Source: Actinomycetes bacterium
Lineage (GTDB): Bacteria; Actinomycetota; Acidimicrobiia; Acidimicrobiales; RAAP-2
Direction of reading: 5' to 3'
Assembly: GCA_037142475.1 (NCBI GenBank)
Contig: JBAXAR010000001.1
Coordinates: 4,059 to 68,058, forward strand
DNA length: 64,000 nt
Under the pieces are notes generated by a model, which saw only the letters and a list, made by a program, of their open reading frames with translations, was not told where the DNA came from and did no database searches. Shown in pieces: positions 9,325 through 20,380 of this stretch (positions are counted from its first letter, which is position 1; each line of letters opens with the position of its first letter). Both the position numbers and the translations under genes were made by a program.

Positions 9325-10176
9325 TCAGCGCCGCTGACGAGCAACCTCGAAGAGGGCGACGCCACCGGCCACTGAGGCATTCAGTGAGGAAACATGGCCA
9401 GCCTGAGGAATCGATGCGAGAACCGAGCATCGCTTTCGGCTCAGAGCAGCCAACCCCTTCTCCTCACTCCCGACAACCACCGCCGTCGGGATCCGAGCCA
9501 AGGGAACGTCGTAGATGGCGCGCTTGGCCTCACCGGCGAGACCCACCACCTCGAGGCCTGACTTGACCATGCGGTCGAGCGCTGACGGGATACCCGGCAC
9601 CATGGCGAAGCGAAGGTGCTCAATCGCGCCCGCTGCCACCTTGGCCACGGTGGGGGTAATGCGCACGGCTCGATGCCGAGGCAACACGATGCCAGTGACC
9701 CCCGCACATTCGGCGCTCCGCAGGAGCGAGCCCAGGTTATGCGGGTCGGTCAGGCCATCGCAGACGAGCAGAAAGGGCGTCACATTTCCTTCGCCCATGA
9801 GGAGTTCCTCAAGCTCGACTGGCTTGAGGGCCGTCGCCTTGGCCACGACGCCCTGGTGGGACTCGGTCGAAGCCAGGCGCTCGAGTCGAGCCCGCGACAT
9901 CACATCGAGGGGAATTCTCTTTACTCGACAGAGTTCCTCGATCCGGTCGAGCTGGTCCGATGAGTCGAGCTCAGCTGCCATTGCCACACGCTGGGTGGTG
10001 CGAGTCCCGGCTTCGAGCAACTCAAGAACGGCGTGCCGTCCCTCGATCTGGTCACCGCCGAGTTCCGGCGATTTGCCCGGAGAGCGACCCTGTCCTTGGG
10101 GCCGTCCTTGACCGCTTCGAACCGGCCGTGTGGTGCGCGCCACCGGACGCTTGGGGCGGCGTGGGGCGGCGCTCAT
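9325..10176 (-). CDS. rlmB: TrmH/SpoU-family 23S rRNA 2'-O-methyltransferase (RlmB-like)
   Basis: The SpoU substrate-binding N-domain plus DGLTDPHNLGSLLRSAECAGV...VVGSEEKGL...IPQAGHVSSLNASVA match the family. ATG 10176 overlaps the ispF stop (ATGA). Confidence 0.8.
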   Translation of the reverse strand: MSAAPRRPKRPVARTTRPVRSGQGRPQGQGRSPGKSPELGGDQIEGRHAVLELLEAGTRTTQRVAMAAELDSSDQLDRIEELCRVKRIPLDVMSRARLERLASTESHQGVVAKATALKPVELEELLMGEGNVTPFLLVCDGLTDPHNLGSLLRSAECAGVTGIVLPRHRAVRITPTVAKVAAGAIEHLRFAMVPGIPSALDRMVKSGLEVVGLAGEAKRAIYDVPLARIPTAVVVGSEEKGLAALSRKRCSVLASIPQAGHVSSLNASVAGGVALFEVARQRR

Positions 10177-10643
10177 ATGGCCTCCAGAAGTGCAACGGCC
10201 ATGGCGGCGATCCCCTCTCCTCGGCCCAAGAAGCCGAGCTGTTCTGTTGTTGTCGCTTTGACCGAGACAATGATTCCCATCGCCTCGCTCAGGGTGTCGG
10301 CCATCTCGGCCATGAAACCAGCAAGTCGCGGGACCTGCGCCACGATCGTGATATCTGCTGAGGTGGGGGCCCACCCTTCATCAGCAACTCGACGAAGAAC
10401 CTCCGCCAGCATCTCAAGGCTGTCGGCCCCGGCATGTGCTGGGTCAGTGTCATCGAAGTGCCGCCCAAGGTCTCCAAGTGCGGCTCCGCCGAGAAGCGCA
10501 TCGAGAAGGGCATGGGTGGCCACATCGGCATCTGAGTGACCCACAAGGCCGGGAGCCTCGGGGATCCGGACCCCGCAGAGCAGCAAGGGGCGCGTCGGGT
10601 CGTCACTGAACGCGTGAACGTCGAATCCTTGGCCGATCCTCAT
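10173..10643 (-). CDS. ispF: 2-C-methyl-D-erythritol 2,4-cyclodiphosphate synthase
   Basis: [12 protein letters not shown]...[26 protein letters not shown]. Confidence 0.95.
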   Translation of the reverse strand: [156 protein letters not shown]

Positions 10644-11290
10644 TCCCTCGCCTCCAGGATGCGAATGGCCTGATCAAGGTCCTCCGGCGTGGTGAGTTTG
10701 ATGTTCGTCAGATCACCAGGAACCACCACCACCACGCTGCCGATCATCTCGAGAAGTGCTGCGTCATCGGTGGCGTCACGTTCTGTGGCATGGGCTCTCC
10801 TGAGGGCCGATGCCCGGAAGGCTTGCGGCGTCTGGACCGCCACCAGGCTGTCTCGCTCGGGCGTGGCGACCACCGGGCGACGCCCGCCGACACCACTCAC
10901 CTGCTTGATGGTGTCGGTGACCGCAAGGCCGACGATTGCTCCGTCGGTCCCCTCGCGAGTGATCTCGTCGACCACAGCGTGGAAGAGGTCATCGAGGGCC
11001 AGAGGACGAGCAGCGTCATGGACCACAACCACCTCGACACTTTGGTCGAGGCACGCCAGCCCCGCCCGGACAGAATCAGAACGGCTCTCTCCGCCGGTCA
11101 CGACCTGATCAGCACCGTGAGCATCGAGTTCCATGCCCTCGGGAGTGACGAGAACCACATGATCCGCCACGGCGCGACATGCCGCAATGGAACGGGCCGC
11201 GACACTGAGACCACGAAGCTCCGCGAACTGCTTCAGCCCGCCGAACCGGCGTCCCGACCCACCGGCCACCACGATGGCGGCGCAGCGCAT
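10640..11290 (-). CDS. ispD: 2-C-methyl-D-erythritol 4-phosphate cytidylyltransferase
   Basis: AAIVVAGGSGRRFG..KQF... with the IspD fold. Its stop overlaps the ispF start. Confidence 0.9.
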   Translation of the reverse strand: MRCAAIVVAGGSGRRFGGLKQFAELRGLSVAARSIAACRAVADHVVLVTPEGMELDAHGADQVVTGGESRSDSVRAGLACLDQSVEVVVVHDAARPLALDDLFHAVVDEITREGTDGAIVGLAVTDTIKQVSGVGGRRPVVATPERDSLVAVQTPQAFRASALRRAHATERDATDDAALLEMIGSVVVVVPGDLTNIKLTTPEDLDQAIRILEARE

Positions 11291-11291
11291 C

Positions 11292-11768
11292 CTAGGGAAG
11301 GGCGTCGGAGAGGCGCTGCTCGGCAGTCTCTTCGTCCACGTTGAGTGCGAAGGTCAATTCGGAGACGAGGATCTGGCGGGCTCGCTGGAGCATCCGCTTC
11401 TCTCCGGCCGAGAGACCCTTGTCCTTGTCGCGAATCGAGAGGTTCCTGACCACTTCAGCCACTTGGTAGATGTCGCCGCTGCGCAGCTTCTCCGAGTGGT
11501 TCTTATAGCGACGGGACCAGTTCGTCGGCATCCGCGCTTCCTTCTTGCGCAGGACGGCAAAGACTTCTTCGACCTCTTCGTCGTTGATGACCTCCCGAAG
11601 GCCCACGCCCTCGGTGTTATCAGCGGGCACCATCAAGGTGAGATCTCCGTAAGCAAGACGGAGTACGAGGTACTCCTTCTTCTCGCCGAACGCGACTCGC
11701 TTCTCGCGGCGCTCAACGATGGCGGCACCATGGTGGGGGTAGACGACCTTGTCTCCTACTTTGAACAC
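11292..11768 (-). CDS. carD: CarD-family RNA-polymerase-binding transcription regulator
   Basis: [17 protein letters not shown]...[16 protein letters not shown]...PTNWSRRYK...[10 protein letters not shown] closely matches mycobacterial CarD. Start at GTG 11768 behind GAGAGG. Confidence 0.9.
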   Translation of the reverse strand: MFKVGDKVVYPHHGAAIVERREKRVAFGEKKEYLVLRLAYGDLTLMVPADNTEGVGLREVINDEEVEEVFAVLRKKEARMPTNWSRRYKNHSEKLRSGDIYQVAEVVRNLSIRDKDKGLSAGEKRMLQRARQILVSELTFALNVDEETAEQRLSDALP

Positions 11769-11918
11769 GTTGCTGCCTCTCGAAGGGTTGCTCAACACCG
11801 CTCGCGCTGGCGTCTTGATGGAGATGGGGCTCCGTCACCGGAGGGATCACTAGACCCGATTCCGGCTCGAATCGGAAATGTAATTCTACCAGCCGCCGGA
11901 GCCCTCGGCGCCGCGGCG

Positions 11919-12983
11919 TCAGTCGAAGCGTTCAAACACCGAGGCTTCGACGAGGCGACTCAAGCCAACCCTGATTTCTCGAGCTCGAGCCTCACCCACT
12001 CCCTCGATGGCCTCGAGGTCCTTCAGCGATGCACCGAGGAGGTTCGAGAGTGTCCCGAATCGCTCGACGAGACGCACCACCACCGTGGCCGGAATTCGAG
12101 GAATCCGAGCCAGCATCCGATAGCCCCGGGGGCTGACGTGGAGATCGTCTCCTTCAAGGCCGAGGGCAGCTGCGATGGCCGTCGGGTCTTGGATTCGGTC
12201 GGTCCCGAGAAGGGAGAGTCGCTCAAGTGCCCCCATCGCTCCGCCGAAGGATCCATCGCCAGTCACGTAATCGGCGCACACAAGCTCCGCGGCCCGTGAG
12301 ACACCATCAAGCAGCTCGTTGAGCTGCAGGGTGATCAGCCTTCCTTCGGTTCCGAGCTCGATGAGGGCTTCGGAGACCTCCTGGGCCAGCCGACGAAGGA
12401 TCTCGGCAGGCTGAAGGACTGCGACGACGTCGCTGACGCTCACCGCATCCTCGACCTCAACGGCCACGAGGAGCGAGATTGCCGCTTCAAAGCGAGAGCG
12501 GAAGCGCTGCAGCGCAGCGATCGCCTGATTGGCCCGATCGATCAGGCGGCTCGTCGGAAGAAGTGTGCGCTTCTCGGGGCCGGCAAAGACAGTGATCGTC
12601 GACATGGCATGCGACACCGTGATCACGGGGGCGTCGAGGCTTCGAGCCATCCGTTCTGCCGTTCGGTGACGGGTTCCGGTTTCCGTGGTGGGAACTGTCG
12701 CCTTTGGCGTCAGGTGCACGTTGGCTCGAGCGATGCGTGATCCGTCGCGAGCAAGGATGATCGCTCCATCCATCTTGGCGAGCTCGCTCAGGCGCTGTGG
12801 GGAGAACTCCGAGTCAAGGAGGAAACCACCCGTGCAGAGCGCAAGGACAGAGGGATCATCACCAACGATGATGAGCGCCCCTCGATTGGCCTGCAGGATG
12901 CGATCGAGGCCCTCACGCAGGGATTGGCCTGGGGCCACCAGCGCAAGCGCCTGATTCAGTTGCTCGCTCGCTCCGTCGGCCAC
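11919..12983 (-). CDS. disA: DNA integrity scanning protein DisA (diadenylate cyclase)
   Basis: DAC domain: GALIIVGDD...DGAIIL...RIARANVHL...ETGTRHRTAERMA. A C-terminal HhH region follows. Confidence 0.9.
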   Translation of the reverse strand: MADGASEQLNQALALVAPGQSLREGLDRILQANRGALIIVGDDPSVLALCTGGFLLDSEFSPQRLSELAKMDGAIILARDGSRIARANVHLTPKATVPTTETGTRHRTAERMARSLDAPVITVSHAMSTITVFAGPEKRTLLPTSRLIDRANQAIAALQRFRSRFEAAISLLVAVEVEDAVSVSDVVAVLQPAEILRRLAQEVSEALIELGTEGRLITLQLNELLDGVSRAAELVCADYVTGDGSFGGAMGALERLSLLGTDRIQDPTAIAAALGLEGDDLHVSPRGYRMLARIPRIPATVVVRLVERFGTLSNLLGASLKDLEAIEGVGEARAREIRVGLSRLVEASVFERFD

Positions 12984-14341
12984 TGCCGCATCGTATCCAC
13001 CGCGGCCGACCCCCCGAGGCGCGGCAGCACGGCGAGCAGTTCGCGCACGGTGGCGACCTCGATCGCTTCAACACCATCAGGGATCTCAGTCCCCGGAGGG
13101 ACGATCGCAAGATCAAGTCCTACCCGTGATGCCTCCATGAGACGTCGTCCGGCGCCGCTCACACTCCGGGTGGCCCCCGTGAGACCAACCTCCCCCAAGC
13201 AGACGACACGAGGGTTGAGGGCAACTGACGTGAACGCTGAGACGGCCGCCGCGACCACGGCGAGGTCAACCGCCGGTTCAGTGGCTCTCACGGCACCCGA
13301 GCAGGCCACAAACAGGTCAGCGCCGGCGAGGCCAAGGCCAGCGTGTGCATCAAGGACGGCAGCAAGTTGACGAAGGCGCGTGGCGCTCACACCCTGGGCA
13401 ACACGAGCCGGCGTCCCAACGGCAGGAGTCACGAGCGCTTGGATCTCCACCACGAGTGGTCGTGTCCCCTCGGCGAGGACGGTAGCCGCCGAACCAGGAA
13501 GAGCAGGACCGCGTTCGGCCACGAGGGTGGCGGATGGATCCTCGACCGATCGCAGGCCATCGTGGTCGAGGGCCAGAAGGCCGACCTCGCCAGCGGGGCC
13601 GAAGCGATGCTTGGTGGTCGTCACGACACGGCGTTCGTGGTGGCGGTCCCCCTCGATATGAACGACCGTGTCGACAAGGTGCTCGAGGGCCCTCGGACCG
13701 GCAAGGTCACCCTCCTTGGTGACGTGGCCAACCAACAGCAGGGCTTGGCCCCGGTCACGCGCCAAACGGGCGAGCTGTTCGGCCGCCGCCCGAACCTGAG
13801 TAACCCCGCCACTCGGGCTCTTGAGATGAGGGTCCGCCATCGTCGAGATTGAGTCGATGACCACCACACGCGCATCGGTGGTCCGCAGGGCCTCGACCGC
13901 ATCAGGCATTGAGGATGTGGCAAGCAGCGTGACGCCCTCGCCTCCTCCACCAAGGCGTCCAGCGCGAGCGGCGACCTGTCCCGCCGACTCTTCGGCAGCG
14001 ACGATGAGCGAGGTGATCCCTCGCCGGGCAGCATGGACCGCCACTTGAAGGCACAAGGTGGACTTCCCGATACCCGGTGCGCCGGGCACCAGGGTCACCG
14101 ACCCTGGGACCACGCCACCGCCGAGAACCCGGTCAACCTCGTCGATTCCGGTTGAGATCGGCACCTGCTCACCGAGCGACACCGCAGTCATCGCAACCGG
14201 GACCAGGAGCGGAGCCCCTTCAGCTGTCGACGAGATCTCCTCAAGGGAGTTCCAGGCCTCGCACGTCGGGCAGCGTCCGGCCCAGCGCAGGGCTGAGGCG
14301 CCACAAAGAGTGCAGCGGAAGGGATCTGGTCGGGCGCTCAC
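12956..14341 (-). CDS. radA: DNA repair protein RadA/Sms
   Basis: Zinc ribbon FRCTLCG..RWAGRCPTCEAWNS, Walker A GAPGIGKSTL, and a Lon-like C-terminal domain. Start moved to GTG 14341 because the clpC terminator hairpin lies inside the longer track ORF. Confidence 0.85.
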   Translation of the reverse strand: MSARPDPFRCTLCGASALRWAGRCPTCEAWNSLEEISSTAEGAPLLVPVAMTAVSLGEQVPISTGIDEVDRVLGGGVVPGSVTLVPGAPGIGKSTLCLQVAVHAARRGITSLIVAAEESAGQVAARAGRLGGGGEGVTLLATSSMPDAVEALRTTDARVVVIDSISTMADPHLKSPSGGVTQVRAAAEQLARLARDRGQALLLVGHVTKEGDLAGPRALEHLVDTVVHIEGDRHHERRVVTTTKHRFGPAGEVGLLALDHDGLRSVEDPSATLVAERGPALPGSAATVLAEGTRPLVVEIQALVTPAVGTPARVAQGVSATRLRQLAAVLDAHAGLGLAGADLFVACSGAVRATEPAVDLAVVAAAVSAFTSVALNPRVVCLGEVGLTGATRSVSGAGRRLMEASRVGLDLAIVPPGTEIPDGVEAIEVATVRELLAVLPRLGGSAAVDTMRQWPTERASN

Positions 14342-14416
14342 GATCCCCAGCCTAGGGACCCGATGCGACGTCTCGCGTCTGGGAAGAATCGTTGCTCGGC
14401 CGGCATCGCTCAGAAC

Positions 14417-14448
14417 GACCACAGCCGCCCCGAGGGGCGGCTGTGGTC
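14417..14448 (-). terminator. hairpin terminator after clpC (13-bp stem, 6-nt loop)
   Basis: gaccacagccgcc-ccgagg-ggcggctgtggtc, 41 nt downstream of the clpC stop. Confidence 0.6.
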
Positions 14449-14488
14449 ATAGCGTCGTGATCGGGCGCTGGTGAAACGCCCCTCGTGA

Positions 14489-16990
14489 TCAGTCGGTGCT
14501 CGGCGCGCTCTCCGCCATCTCGATGGACGGAGGCTCGAAGCCCTCAATGGCCGTGAAGCGAAGCTCGGGTCCATCCTCGCCCTCTGCGACGTCGACCACG
14601 ATGGTCTCGCCGACCCGGAACTCCTTCCAGAGCAACTTCTCACTGAGCGGATCCTCGACCATGTTCTGGATAGCCCGACGCAAAGGCCGCGCTCCCAACT
14701 GCGGGTCGTAGCCACGCTCGGCGATCAGCCTGCGTGCTTCAGGAGTCAACTCAAGACCGATCCCCTGAAGACTCAGCTGCTCTGCGGTGCGAGCCAGCAT
14801 GAAGTCGGCGATCTGGACGACCTCCTCCTGCGTGAGCTCGTGGAAGACGATCGTGTCGTCGATCCGGTTGAGGAACTCAGGGCGGAAGTGAGCCTTGAGC
14901 GCCTCGTTCACCTTCACCTTCATGCGCTCGTAGCTCACCGATTCGGACGTCTTCGAGAAGCCAAGGTTGGCCTTCCGAAGGTCAGCGGTCCCGAGGTTCG
15001 AGGTCATGATCAGCACCGTGTTCTTGAAGTCGACCGTCCGACCCTGACTGTCGGTGAGTCGTCCGTCTTCGAGAATCTGGAGCAGTGTGTTGAACACGTC
15101 GGGGTGGGCCTTCTCCACCTCGTCAAAGAGCACAACGCTGAATGGCTTCCGGCGCACGGCCTCGGTCAGCTGACCACCCTCTTCGTAGCCGACGTAGCCA
15201 GGAGGCGACCCGACGAGTCGACTCACTGTGTGCTTCTCCATGTACTCACTCATGTCGAGTTGGATCAGCGCGTCCTGATCATCGAAGAGGAACTCAGCCA
15301 GTGTCTTGGCAAGCTCGGTCTTCCCGACACCGGTCGGCCCCAAGAAGATGAATGAGCCTGCAGGGCGCTTCGGGTCCTTGAGACCGGCACGCGTCCGTCG
15401 AATCGCCTTGGAGAGAGCGATGACTGCTTCTTCTTGTCCGACGATCCGCTTGTGCAGTTCGTCCTCCATGCGCAGGAGCTTCGCCGTTTCCTCCTCAGTG
15501 AGGCGGTAGACCGGGATGCCGGTCCACGTCGCGAGGACCTCGGCGATGACTTCTTCATCGACCACGTCGAACAGGTCGATACCCTCTGCCCGCCACTCGG
15601 CCGCCTGGCTCTCCTTGAGCTCGAGACGCTCACGCTCTTGCTCAGCGAGCTTCTTGGCCTGCTCGAACGCGCCCTTCTCGATAGCCGTCTCTTTGTCCTT
15701 ACGAAGACGGTTGATCTCCTCGTCGAGCGCCTTATGCGTGCTCGGGATGTTCATCCGTCGGATCCGTAGACGGCTCCCGGCCTCGTCGATGAGGTCAATG
15801 GCCTTGTCGGGAAGGAACCGATCGGCGACGTAGCGATCAGCAAGATTCGCCGCAGCCACCAACGCCTGATCCGTGATGGTCACGGAGTGGTGCGCCTCGT
15901 AGCGATCACGCAAACCCTTGAGGATGTCAATCGTCAGAGCAACCGAGGGTTGCTCGACCTTGACCGGCTGGAACCGGCGCTCCAGGGCGGCATCCTTCTC
16001 AACGTGCTTGCGGTACTCGTCAATCGTGGTCGCGCCTACTGTCTGGAGCTCGCCTCGAGCCAGCATCGGCTTGAGGATGCTGGCAGCATCGATGGCACCC
16101 TCCGCAGCTCCCGCACCCACGAGGGTGTGAATCTCATCGATGAACAAGATGATGTCGCCGCGAGTCCGGATCTCCTTGAGCACCTTCTTGAGGCGCTCCT
16201 CGAAGTCCCCTCGGTAGCGAGATCCCGCCACCAGCGCACCAAGGTCAAGGGTGTAGACCTGCTTGTCGGTCATCGTGTCGGGGACCTTGCCCTCCACGAT
16301 CTTCTGTGCGAGTCCCTCGACAATTGCGGTCTTCCCGACACCTGGCTCTCCGATAAGGACCGGGTTGTTCTTGGTGCGTCGGGAGAGGACCTGCATGACC
16401 CTCTCGATTTCCTTCTCACGGCCGACGAGTGGATCGAGCTTGCCGTCTCGGGCGAGTTGCGTGAGGTTCCGGCCGAACTGATCGAGCACTGCTGACCCGG
16501 ATCCCGACTCAGTCGTCGATGCCCCGGGTGCCGCACCGGCGGCTTCCTTGCCCTGGTAGCCGGACATCATCTGGATGACCTGCTGGCGGACCTTGCCCAG
16601 ATCGGCTCCAAGCGAGACCAGCACCTGGGCGGCCACGCCTTCGCCTTCACGGACGAGTCCGAGCAGCATGTGCTCAGTCCCGATGTACGAGTGACCCAAC
16701 TGAAGGGCCTCACGGAGGGAGAGCTCAAGGACCTTCTTGGCTCGCGGCGTGAAGGGGGGCGACCCAGAGGGCGGCGTCCCGGTCATGCCGATGGTCTCTT
16801 CGACCTTCTCGCGGACAGCCTCAAGGGTGATGTTCAGCGACTCCAGCGACTTCGCGGCGACGCCTTCTCCCTCGTGGATGAGACCAAGCAGAATGTGCTC
16901 GGTCCCAATGAAGCTGTGGTTCAAAAGCCTGGCCTCTTCCTGCGCCAGGACAAGGACCCTTCGGGCTCGGTCTGTAAAACGTTCAAACAA
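14489..16990 (-). CDS. clpC: ATP-dependent Clp protease ATP-binding subunit ClpC
   Basis: [24 protein letters not shown] (Clp_N repeats), two AAA+ modules ([16 protein letters not shown]) and a UVR linker. Start at TTG 16990, seven nt after GGAGG. Confidence 0.95.
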   Translation of the reverse strand: MFERFTDRARRVLVLAQEEARLLNHSFIGTEHILLGLIHEGEGVAAKSLESLNITLEAVREKVEETIGMTGTPPSGSPPFTPRAKKVLELSLREALQLGHSYIGTEHMLLGLVREGEGVAAQVLVSLGADLGKVRQQVIQMMSGYQGKEAAGAAPGASTTESGSGSAVLDQFGRNLTQLARDGKLDPLVGREKEIERVMQVLSRRTKNNPVLIGEPGVGKTAIVEGLAQKIVEGKVPDTMTDKQVYTLDLGALVAGSRYRGDFEERLKKVLKEIRTRGDIILFIDEIHTLVGAGAAEGAIDAASILKPMLARGELQTVGATTIDEYRKHVEKDAALERRFQPVKVEQPSVALTIDILKGLRDRYEAHHSVTITDQALVAAANLADRYVADRFLPDKAIDLIDEAGSRLRIRRMNIPSTHKALDEEINRLRKDKETAIEKGAFEQAKKLAEQERERLELKESQAAEWRAEGIDLFDVVDEEVIAEVLATWTGIPVYRLTEEETAKLLRMEDELHKRIVGQEEAVIALSKAIRRTRAGLKDPKRPAGSFIFLGPTGVGKTELAKTLAEFLFDDQDALIQLDMSEYMEKHTVSRLVGSPPGYVGYEEGGQLTEAVRRKPFSVVLFDEVEKAHPDVFNTLLQILEDGRLTDSQGRTVDFKNTVLIMTSNLGTADLRKANLGFSKTSESVSYERMKVKVNEALKAHFRPEFLNRIDDTIVFHELTQEEVVQIADFMLARTAEQLSLQGIGLELTPEARRLIAERGYDPQLGARPLRRAIQNMVEDPLSEKLLWKEFRVGETIVVDVAEGEDGPELRFTAIEGFEPPSIEMAESAPSTD

Positions 16991-17076
16991 CTGCCCGCCT
17001 CCAATCAATGGGCTCGTGTGTCAAGTGTACCGGCAGGGTGCGTCCAACACGTCGGCAGGGCGAAAGGATTGACGAA

Positions 17077-18090
17077 GTGATCTCATCAGGCCCGGGGACC
17101 CCTATCGTGGTCATCGTGGATCCCCTCGCCAGTCTTTCGATTCCCCTGCTCGGGGAGGACATGAAACGCTTCGAGCCTTTGCTCGCTGAGTCTGTGGTTA
17201 TCGGTGATCCCTTCTTAGATCAGGTCACGACACATCTCATCCTCGCCGGTGGCAAACGACTGCGCCCCATGCTGGCCATTGCCTCCGCAACCGGCGGAAC
17301 GCGCGAGGCATCGCAGGATGATCTGCTTGGCGGCGTGGCGCTTGAGCTGATGCACCTCGCCTCGCTCTATCACGATGACGTCATGGACGAGGCGGTCGTG
17401 CGCCGCAACGTCGAAAGCGTGAATGCCCGCTACGGCAACCTCATCGCCATCGTGGCTGGTGACTACCTCATGGCAAGGTCGGCCGCCATCGCCGCTGACC
17501 TTGGCACGGCGGTTGCCGGGCTTCTGGCACGAACGCTGGCCCTCCTCACCCAGGGTCAGGTCTCCGAGGTTCGGACCTCGTTCAAGATCGATCGAAGCGT
17601 CGATGACTACTACGAGGCCATCGGGGGCAAGACCGCCGCTTTGATGGCCACCTCATGTCGCATCGGAGGCCTTACCGCTGGCCTTGGTACCTCTGAACTC
17701 GACGCATTGAGTGCCTATGGCTACGCCCTCGGCATCGTCTTCCAACTTCGTGACGACATCCTCGACGTCGTCGCCATCGATGGGCAATTGGGCAAACCAG
17801 CGGGCCAGGACCTCGCCGAGGGTATCTACACGCTCCCGGTCCTCGTCGCACTCAGCGATCGCAATGGTGCGCAGCTCGCCGAGATCCTCGGAGGACCGCT
17901 TGACGAGGATGCTCGAGAGATCGCTCGCCGACTCGTCGTCGCCTCACCGGGAATCGACGAGGCCCTCGCCGAGGCGAACCGCCACGTCTCGGCAGCCACC
18001 GAAGCGGCCGCAGAGCTCTCGAGTCCTGATCTTCAGAGGGGCTTCGCCGCCCTCGCCTCCGAGCTCATGCTCGGCCTGCCTGTCGGCTGA
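17077..18090 (+). CDS. trans-polyprenyl diphosphate synthase (FPP/GGPP-synthase family)
   Basis: First DDxxD LYHDDVMDE and second FQLRDDILD. Start tentatively at GTG 17077 behind AAAGGA. Chain length is not inferable. Confidence 0.8.
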   Translation: MISSGPGTPIVVIVDPLASLSIPLLGEDMKRFEPLLAESVVIGDPFLDQVTTHLILAGGKRLRPMLAIASATGGTREASQDDLLGGVALELMHLASLYHDDVMDEAVVRRNVESVNARYGNLIAIVAGDYLMARSAAIAADLGTAVAGLLARTLALLTQGQVSEVRTSFKIDRSVDDYYEAIGGKTAALMATSCRIGGLTAGLGTSELDALSAYGYALGIVFQLRDDILDVVAIDGQLGKPAGQDLAEGIYTLPVLVALSDRNGAQLAEILGGPLDEDAREIARRLVVASPGIDEALAEANRHVSAATEAAAELSSPDLQRGFAALASELMLGLPVG

Positions 18091-18125
18091 TTCCCTCGCG
18101 CCGCTGAAGCGTCAGCGCATCGCTC

Positions 18126-19535
18126 TCAATCGAAAAGCGGTTTGAGCGTCGGGAAGGCAATGACCTCTCGGATGTTCGCCGAATCGGTCACCAGCATCGC
18201 CAGTCGGTCAATCCCGAGGCCAACCCCAGCGGTCGGCGGCAGGCCGTGCTCGAGTGCCCGGAGATACTCCTCATCAAGGTGCATCGCCTCGTCATCCCCG
18301 GCCGCATGAGCGGCGGCCTGCTCGACAAAGCGAGCTCGCTGATCGTCAGGATCATTGAGCTCAGAGAAGCCGTTGATCAGCTCCCGGCCAGCGACGATGA
18401 CCTCGAAACGCTCAGTGAGCTCTGGGTCCTCGCGGTGCCGACGAGCCAGCGGAGAGACCTCTGCGGGGTGGTCAGTGACGAAGGTGGGCTGGACAATGGT
18501 GTGCTCAGTGGTCTTCTCGAAGAGCTCCGCGAGGAGCTTGCCTGGGCCCCATGAGGGGTCTGCCTCAGGGCCTCCGGCCGCCACCAGCAGTGCTGCCAAC
18601 GTCTCTCGATCGGTGTGGACATCGACCGCTTGGCCCACCTGCTCCGAGGTGAGCTCGGCCATGGTGGCTCTCCGCCATGGCGCACCCATCTCGATGATCT
18701 GGCCCTGATACGGCAGGGTGGTCGACCCGGCAACATCGGCGACGACTCCGCCGACCAGGTCTTCAACCAGCACCATCAGATCCTCGTAGTCCATGTAAGC
18801 CACGTAGGCCTCCACGGTGGTGAACTCCGGGTTGTGGCGAGGGGAGATTCCCTCGTTGCGGAACAACCGACCCAGCTCGAAGACGCGCTCGAACCCGCCA
18901 ATGACCAGGCGCTTGAGGTAGAGCTCCGGCGCCACGCGAAGGTAGAAATCCGCCCCCAGGGCGTTGTGATGGGTCACGAAGGGCTTGGCCGTCGCTCCCC
19001 CAGGAATCGGGTTGAGGATTGGGGTTTCGACTTCGAGGAAACCGTTGTCCCAGAGGCGCTCGCGCAGGCGGCGGACGATCGCTGAGCGAGCCACGAGACG
19101 GCCTCGGCTCTCGGCATTCGCCCAGAGGTCCACTTCGCGCTGGCGGTAGCGAGTCTCAATATCGGTGACCCCATGCCACTTGTCCCCGAAACCACGCCGA
19201 GCTTCCGCAAGCAGCTGCCAGGCGCCAACCTTCACACTCAGTTCGCCTCGCTTGGTCCGAACGACCTCACCAGTCGCGCCAATCCAGTCGCCGAGTGACA
19301 GCGCCGTAAGGCCATCGAAGTCCTCGGTGACCTTGGCCAGAGCAAAGAGCTGAATAGCACCCGACGAGTCGCGTAGCTCGGCGAAGGCCAGCCGGCCCTG
19401 AGGCCTCGAGAGCATGATCCGGCCAGCCACCGAGACGGTGACGCCTGACTCCTCGCCGTCGGCGAGGTGCCCGAAACGCTCGCTGACCTCAGCGGCAAAG
19501 GTGTCGTGATCGAAGCGATAGGGGGTCTCGGCCAT
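18126..19535 (-). CDS. lysS: lysine--tRNA ligase (class II)
   Basis: OB anticodon-binding N-domain ([25 protein letters not shown]) and class-II motifs (FRNEG, GLGIDRL). Confidence 0.9.
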   Translation of the reverse strand: MAETPYRFDHDTFAAEVSERFGHLADGEESGVTVSVAGRIMLSRPQGRLAFAELRDSSGAIQLFALAKVTEDFDGLTALSLGDWIGATGEVVRTKRGELSVKVGAWQLLAEARRGFGDKWHGVTDIETRYRQREVDLWANAESRGRLVARSAIVRRLRERLWDNGFLEVETPILNPIPGGATAKPFVTHHNALGADFYLRVAPELYLKRLVIGGFERVFELGRLFRNEGISPRHNPEFTTVEAYVAYMDYEDLMVLVEDLVGGVVADVAGSTTLPYQGQIIEMGAPWRRATMAELTSEQVGQAVDVHTDRETLAALLVAAGGPEADPSWGPGKLLAELFEKTTEHTIVQPTFVTDHPAEVSPLARRHREDPELTERFEVIVAGRELINGFSELNDPDDQRARFVEQAAAHAAGDDEAMHLDEEYLRALEHGLPPTAGVGLGIDRLAMLVTDSANIREVIAFPTLKPLFD

Positions 19536-20380
19536 CAGTCAGACTCAACGTTTCTCTCGTAGACGATGCGCAATCCATGAAGCGTCAACCACGGTTCTAC
19601 GTGATCAATTGCGGTGGAGAAGGGGGCGATCAGGGACGACAGTCCGCCAGTGGCCACCACGGTCGACTCGCCGAGAATCTCCATGAAGCGGGCACACATC
19701 CCGTCCACCTGGGAGGCATAGCCGTAGAGGACTCCTGACTGGATCGACTCAACCGTCGAGCGGCCGATGACGCTCCGAGGCGCCACGAGTTCGACTGAGC
19801 GGAGGGCCGCAGCGTGGCCGTAGAGGGCTTCGAGGGAAATCGCAACGCCAGGAGCGATTGCTCCTCCGAGGTACTCACCCTTCTCGTTGATCGCCTCGAA
19901 CGTCGTGGCGGTCCCCATGTCGACAATGATCGTCGGACCTCCGTAGAGGTCGTAGGCCGCCACCGCGTCGGCGACGCGGTCAGGGCCGACCTCCTTGGGG
20001 TTGTCGTAGAGGATCGCCATTCCCGAACGCACTCCCGGGCCGAGCACCACTGCAGGGATGTCCCCGAACCACCGGGCGGCCATCTGACGAAGCTGGGCGG
20101 TGACGCTGGGGGCCGACGAACTCACCGCGATTCCCGTCACCGTGGAGGCGATGTCGAGACCCTCAAGGTCGAGCAACTGAGTAAGAAGCACCGCGTGTTC
20201 GTCTTGGGTTCTCGACGGGACAGTCGACAGGCGCCAGTGGTGGGTAAGACCACGAGTCGGCTCGTCTCCGCCAGAGAGGCTGTAGCCAGCCCCTTCAACG
20301 GTGACCGGCTCATCGCCCTCGCCGAGGCGGAAGAGTCCGATCACTGTCTCGGTGTTTCCGACATCGATGGCCAGCAGCAT
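19535..20380 (-). CDS. coaX: type III pantothenate kinase
   Basis: [17 protein letters not shown]... with the CoaX fold. Stop and start overlap the neighbouring genes. Confidence 0.9.
   Translation of the reverse strand: MLLAIDVGNTETVIGLFRLGEGDEPVTVEGAGYSLSGGDEPTRGLTHHWRLSTVPSRTQDEHAVLLTQLLDLEGLDIASTVTGIAVSSSAPSVTAQLRQMAARWFGDIPAVVLGPGVRSGMAILYDNPKEVGPDRVADAVAAYDLYGGPTIIVDMGTATTFEAINEKGEYLGGAIAPGVAISLEALYGHAAALRSVELVAPRSVIGRSTVESIQSGVLYGYASQVDGMCARFMEILGESTVVATGGLSSLIAPFSTAIDHVEPWLTLHGLRIVYERNVESD

Noticed and set aside
11883-11888. TAGAAT -10-like hexamers upstream of carD (11883-11888) and of the sigB-like gene (54955-54960), both on the minus strand.
   Set aside because: They are plausible sigma-A -10 elements in locally AT-richer DNA. 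Without a properly spaced -35 element or transcript data, a six-mer match is not enough to annotate a promoter.
14342-14422. The longer radA start at 14422. Analogous N-terminal extensions occur in the track ORFs for rlmB, topA, clpC, znuA, znuC, folP, folK, DUF2520, erpA, holB, rsrA and the metalloprotease.
   Set aside because: The radA extension would contain the clpC terminator hairpin. For the others, the extensions overlap upstream genes, lack SD sequences and are not part of the family N-termini. Internal starts with an SD or ATGA/GTGA coupling were preferred. Start positions remain inferences.
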